NCBI GenBank assembly: GCA_905178155.1
Contig: CAJINV010000003.1
Coordinates: forward strand, 8,786,179-8,850,178
From: Amoebophrya sp. A120
Lineage: Eukaryota; Protista; Dinoflagellata
Length of the DNA: 64,000 bases
Reading direction: 5' to 3'
Each line of letters starts with the position of its first letter. The stretch's first letter is position 1. A program made the position numbers and the translations under genes. Below, in pieces: positions 58,801 to 64,000 of the stretch. Below the pieces are notes generated by a model. The model was not told the DNA's origin. It did not search any database and worked only from the letters and a program-made list of their open reading frames with translations.

Positions 58801-59088
58801 GCGCCCTGGAAGGAGTTGTGTCTTTTTCTGAGCGTAGCGTAGTAAGCGCGGCTGCGGGTTGTAGAGCCTGTTGTTTATATCTCGACAGGCTTGCCCAAAC
58901 TGTGCCGAAATTTCTTGCAGCTCCTGCAACTCCCCCCGAATCGCCTGCGTGACCCTATCAGACATCATGATGTCTTTGCGGTCATTGCTTTTGTTTTTCC
59001 GCAGGAACGCCTCTACCGGTGCAGATGCGGCGGCTCTTGATGCAGGAGGGGGCGCAGGTCTGTTCTTATCTGTATTTTTTATTTTCAA
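52821..59088 (-). CDS. Very large (>1900 aa) low-complexity hypothetical protein with an IQ-like motif; both ends incomplete (further exons likely toward ~51500 and ~60050)
   Basis: ORFs 55867-59088 and 53034-55796 fuse in frame (EALVL-ARDTISG) after removing introner 55799-56034. A second introner leads to exon 52878-52821 (ANRWIRARGAVVQLQRKFR) ending at a GTAAAG donor. Confidence 0.65.
52884..53068. mobile_element. Probable TIR introner
   Basis: TATGCGAGCGCGCTAG / TATGCAGCAGCTCTG; DR ACTAC/ACCGT; frame continues into the IQ-like exon. Confidence 0.6.
55799..56034. mobile_element. TIR introner joining the two largest ORFs
   Basis: TATGCATTGCAAAAGCTCCTGCATC / CATCCTGTGCAAAAGTATCTGCATC; DR TGTTG/CATTG. 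Confidence 0.88.
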
Positions 59089-60229
59089 GAAAAATTATAT
59101 GCAAGTGCTACTTGTAATGCAAGACAACGACCTCGCTCTTGAGAAAACGCGAGAGAAGCCGGCTACTTTTGTACCAGATGCGTGCTGCCCAGGTATTAAC
59201 ACTTCTATGTCTGATCTCATCTGTTACTGTTGCACTGTTGCTTTCGGAATACCTGTGTTGTAATGCGAATAAAGCTACTGCATGATGGTCTAGTAGCCCG
59301 TCCAGCCTTGTTACAGAGTATCGATACTCGAAAATGCACGATGATCCAATGAAATTTGGATTGCAAATCAAGCAAACGAGCTTTGCATGTTCCTGGTGCT
59401 GCTGCTGTTCATGCCGCGAGACCAGCGAATATTGTCACCGGGCCGGAGGTAGACCCGTTCGCGACCTTTCAACATGATCTTACATACATACGTATATATG
59501 ATTAAAACCAGAAAAAAAAGCTGCTAGTATTCCCTGAGGCAGCGATTTGTATTTGCTAAAGTTTTTTCTGTTCTCCAAGTCAAATTGGAGGCCGAAGCTG
59601 AAGTGGCTCCTTGCGGGGTTCACTATTCAAATATGTATATACAGCGTATGCTGCAGCTGCCGCTCCTGCGTCGTGGAGAACCAGCAACAGTATTCGACCC
59701 GAGTGAGCCCTTCAGCGGCAACATTCTTCCACCTGCCTTCAACATCATCTTTCGAAGTTCGTCGAAGGGAACACACCCATCGCGAACGGCTAGGCTGCTA
59801 ATGCTGTCGAAGGCCGACCGCCACTCTTCTGCTTCGCTGCGGCTTCTCGTTGCGGCAGAGGGCCGTCCCGCAGCACTTGCTCCATTTATCATCCGATGAT
59901 AATTGTGATTGTCGGAGAGCTCCCGCGCCAGCATGTTGTTGTTCGGACGTGGTCGAGCGGTCACCCATACATCCCACAGACCTCCCAGAAATGCACCAGC
60001 CGAAGCAAGATTGACCTTCTCGCACAGTAGACGTCCCTGTCTTGCCGACAACGAAGAGAGGCAGTAAAAAGAAGTAGTTCCTGCAATACAATCAAACTGA
60101 CGGGTTGCGAGGAGTGAGAAATCTCATTCGTACAGTGCTAGCGCATGATACTGGAACCCGTGTGGACTCAATTTGATGCTGCATAAGTTTGTATATAGTT
60201 CTTGATTCTCGATACAAATCTTCTCTTTT

Positions 60230-63200
60230 TATAATGGATTTTGCTTCTCCTGTGGCAAGCTTCAAGGAAAATCTCGGAGAATCTCCTTGGCCCAAGGAGA
60301 TTCTCCTGGACCCCCAGGAGAATCTCCTCCCTCCCCTCCTCCTCTCTCCTTTTTTTCCATTTTTTTCTTCTTTCTTTTTTTTTCTTTTCTTTCTTTTTCC
60401 TTCATTTGCTTCCTTTTCCATCATTTGCTTCCTTTTCCTTCATTTCCTTCTATTTCCTTCACTTCCTCCCGCTGTCTCGCTCCCCTTCTCCCAAGGAGAA
60501 TCTCCTTGGCAAGGAGATTCTCCCCGAACGTGGGAGAATCTCCTTGCCAAGGAGATTCTCATAGCCCGCCAGAAAACCACAAAAGCAGAACTTATCGCCC
60601 TTGGACGCCCGGGCGCAGTGCAATGCCAGGGGCGAGGCGCCCTCTGCGGCCCAAGCCGCACCTTCAAGGGCGGGCGCACTGCCCTATGCGGCCCGACGCA
60701 GACGCAAGCTCAAGGGCGCAAGGCCCTACGAAGCCTTTCCCGGGCGCCCTGCCGACTATGGCGCCGCGCTCGAGGGCGGTTTGCCCCATGCAACCTCACA
60801 TCAACATCAAGTGCACTGCCCTATAAAGCCCGAAGAACGGCCGCAATTTCACGGCCATTTTGCGCGATGTGGCCGGTGCTGGGTCGCAACGAAAAGCAAG
60901 TCGTCCCTCGACCGCTTTACCGGCAACTCGCCTCTCAGCCGTTCGCACCACAGCGCATCAGAGGCAGATCACCCCGCACCCGCTCCGAAGCGACCTCAAA
61001 GGCAAACCACCCCCACGACCAACTAGAATCGACCTCAAACGAAACACAAATCGCGCCAGGCAAGTCGCACAACAAAAGCTCAACCCCAACCAAGGGCCAG
61101 GCGCCCGGCAGCCGCTCAGGCGCTGCATGCTTGCGCGCAATTTGAAAGGGAGGCCACCCCTCAGCAACTCCAGCGTGATTGCAAGAGCAGCGCGCCCCGG
61201 GCTGTTCATCTGGCGCGATTTCAAGGGCGCCCCGCCAAATCGGGCCCTTTTTAACGGCCGGAACAGCAGGCCCTGCAACTTGCGGCGACCGGCACCCCAG
61301 CCACACACTGAGATGGTGACTCGGCAGCAAACCCGTGGACCCACGACCCGGGGTAGCCCGAGTACAGCACTCCAAATGCCCACACCCAAGAAGCAAAAAC
61401 GCGCCCCCGTGGAAAGAATTTTCGCCGGCCAGCCGCGAGCGAACGCGTATGGCCCTCGGCGTAGGGCAACGAAGAAGAAGGGCACGCCCGCGGCAGGCGC
61501 GCGAAAAAAATTGTGTCGGCCACCCGTGCAAGAAACTAGAAGGGCGCCAGGTCAAAGCAGTGCAGTGAAGCGGAGGACGGCGCGCGCGCAGGCGCGCGCC
61601 AAAAAAATATTTGTCGGTCGCCCGTGCGAGATAGAAACTGCAGGGGTGCCGGCGCGAAGCAGCGAAGGATGGAGCAGTGCGCGCCGCGCGCGAGCCAACT
61701 TTTTGTCAGTCAGCCGCCCGCGCAAGAAACGGCGAGGGCGTTGGCGCGAGGCAGTGCAGGTTGGAGCGCGCGCAGCGCGCGCGCGAGAGAAAATTTTTGC
61801 CGGCCAGCCGTGCAAGGTAGAAACCGCCAGGGCGTTGGCGCGAAGCAACAAAGTATGACGCGCGCGCAGCGCGCGCGGGAAAAAAAAATTTTATGGTCGC
61901 TCGTCCAAAATAGAAACCGCCAGGGCATTGGTGCGAAGCAACGAAGGAAGGGGCGCGCGCAGCGCGCGCTGCAAACAAAAATTTTTTTGGCCGCCCGCGC
62001 AAAATAGAAGCCGCCGGACCGTTGGCGCGAAACAGTGGCGGACGAAGCGCGCGCAGGGCAGCGCGTGCGCGAGAAAAATTTTTGTCGGGTATCCGTGCAA
62101 GATAGAAACTGCGCGAGCGCTGGCACGACGAGTCGAAGGATGCAGCGCGCGCAGCGCGCGCCCGAAAAATTTTTTTGTCCGCCACCCGCGCAAGAAAGTA
62201 CAAGGTCACTGGCGCGGCGCAACGAAAAATGGCGCGCGCGCAGCGCGCGCGATTTTTTTCTGACCACCCGTGTGAGAATAAAACTGCAAGGGCGCTGGCG
62301 CGAAGCAACAAGGGATGGGGCACACGCACCGCGCGCGCGAAAAAAATTTTTGTCGGGCCCCCGTGCAAGAAACTGCAGGGGTGAAGGTGTGGCGCGCACG
62401 CAAAAAAATTTTGTGTGGCACCCACGCAGGAAACAAACTGCAAGGCCGCTGACGCGAAGCAGAGAAGGGTGCGGCGTGTGTGCGAAAGATTTCTGTCGGG
62501 TACCCGTTCAGGCAACTGCAAGGGCGCTGGCGCGAAGCAGCGAAGGGTGGAGCGCGCGCCGCGCGCGCGAAAGAAATTTTTTTTTGTCGGCCGGCCGCCC
62601 ATGCAAGAATGAAAGCGCAAGGGCCTCGGCGCGGCGCAACGCAGTGTGGAACGCGCGCGGCACGCGCGCGACTAAAATTTTTGCCGTGCGCACGTGAAAA
62701 AAAGCGCAAAGCCGTCGGCGCGAAACAACGACGAGGAACGGAGCACGTGCTGCGCGCGGGCGGAGGCAATTTTGAAGGTCCGCGAACGAAGGCGCAGGGC
62801 CGTCGGTGCGAAGCAACGACGGGCAGAGCGTGAGCGGGTGCGGCGCGCGCGCGAAATAAAAAAAGCCGTTGCGACCGCGACGGTGCAGGAATTTGAAGCG
62901 CAGCGCCGTCGGCGCAAAGAAAGAGGGGACGCAGCGCGCGCTGCTCGTGTGCGGAGCAAGGTCTTTGCTCTGCAAGGCCCGGGACTACATGCGAGTAGAA
63001 AAAGCCGGCTCTTGCTGTCGGCCATGCAAACCGCACAGCCGAACCGGCTACAAAGGGACCCACAGGCAGGGGCACGCGCGCAACGCGAAAAGTTCTTTGC
63101 TTTTTTGCTAACCATTGGCGACTGGGTCGCGCGCAAAAGTAGAAGCTGTCGAGTTCTGTTCAGTTTCAAAGACGCAAACACCGAACAAAAGAAATGCCGC

Positions 63201-63600
63201 CAGCACCGCGCAGCCGGGAGCCAATCAAGAGGAGAGCTGCTGCGCGCCTGCGCGCGTTTTGTATGTAAGGACGGAGCGAAGCCTGGGCTGATGCTGCAGC
63301 AAGGCTGGCGCCACACGGGCGGGGCAGGCGGGCGAAGGGCAGGACCAAAAAGTCTTCCGCCCCCGGTGCGCAGGCGGGCCGGGGGCTCTTGGTGGCAACG
63401 GTCAGCGCGCACGTAGTTTGGCCCACGCTCATCCCTTCATCTTGCACGGGCGCCAGCGCTCGTCTTGGTCTACTATTTCTTTCTATGCTAATATGAGCAT
63501 GAAGCTCGACGCCAGTTCATAATCTAAATTTTATGGGGGGGAATCTCCTTGAGGGAGAATCTCCTTAGGCCGTCGGTAGAATTTCCTTGAGATTTTTTTT
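60230..63600. repeat. GC-rich repetitive, probably non-autonomous mobile element: GGAGAATCTCC palindrome clusters at both ends and an internal degenerate ~85-90-bp tandem array (~61480-62950)
   Basis: GGAGA(A/T)TCTCC repeats at 60275-60560 and 63535-63570; repeated unit GCGCGCGCG-AAAAAATTTTT-GTCGG..CC.GTGCAA.A.A.AAACTGCAAGGGCGCTGGCGCGAAGCA. Confidence 0.7.
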
Positions 63601-64000
63601 TTTCCAACATACAACTCTTGAAATTGAAAATAAATCTAGAAAGCGACCGGTGTCATGTGGCCTTGAGGAAAATGGAAACTACACATCTCTCGATCTCACC
63701 CTTCGATAATTATATCGCTCGGCGGGTAGATGGATGGTACTACATGTAGACGCTGTCTAAACCTAAAACGTGACGGCGACGAACCAAATAAACTCAAACT
63801 AACTGCCCCTCCCAGTCTTGCGCTCGGACTCGGTCTGTCTTACTCCCAGCACGAAGACGAAATAAAACTCGCACAAACAACATGAATACTTAATGATTCT
63901 TCTGGACCCACCTCACCCTTTGCATTTGCTTTCGATGTCGCTCCTCGTGCTATAATATTACAGGGCCTCCACCTACCACCATGCAAAAATAGAAGTGTGT

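Noticed and set aside
60189-63447. Long Arg/Ala-rich ORFs on both strands
   Set aside because: Translations of a degenerate GC-rich tandem array; no transposase or other motif seen.
1-64000. Genome-wide stop-codon reassignment
   Set aside because: NTF2 (TAG) and GMPS (TAA) end at their conserved C-termini and long exons lack internal stops; only one isolated TAG (14009-14011) was seen.
1-64000. tRNA, rRNA or dinoflagellate spliced-leader relics
   Set aside because: No convincing match noticed on manual reading.

Overview
Eukaryotic, intron-rich protist DNA with every recognisable gene on the minus strand. The intron architecture strongly resembles the parasitic syndinian dinoflagellate Amoebophrya; this taxon call is an inference. 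Genes, left to right: NTF2; a PH-domain/soluble-type adenylyl cyclase with a P-loop region; an intronless DOT1-like methyltransferase; GMP synthase; CFAP65; and a very large low-complexity protein with an IQ-like motif. The dominant feature is about 37 non-canonical introns of roughly 150-550 nt. Each is a MITE-like element with imperfect terminal inverted repeats, usually TAT...ATA, flanked by a 5-nt direct repeat that is sometimes degenerate. Removing the element plus 5 nt restores conserved protein motifs, and these introns sit alongside ordinary GT-AG introns. Applying that rule by hand inside the 8.8-kb GMP synthase intron reveals a hidden 10-exon, 190-codon nested gene that the ORF track cannot show. 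It lies within a candidate 8.4-kb TIR-bounded element that also carries a fold-back palindromic array. All splicing models were read manually from DNA and need RNA confirmation.
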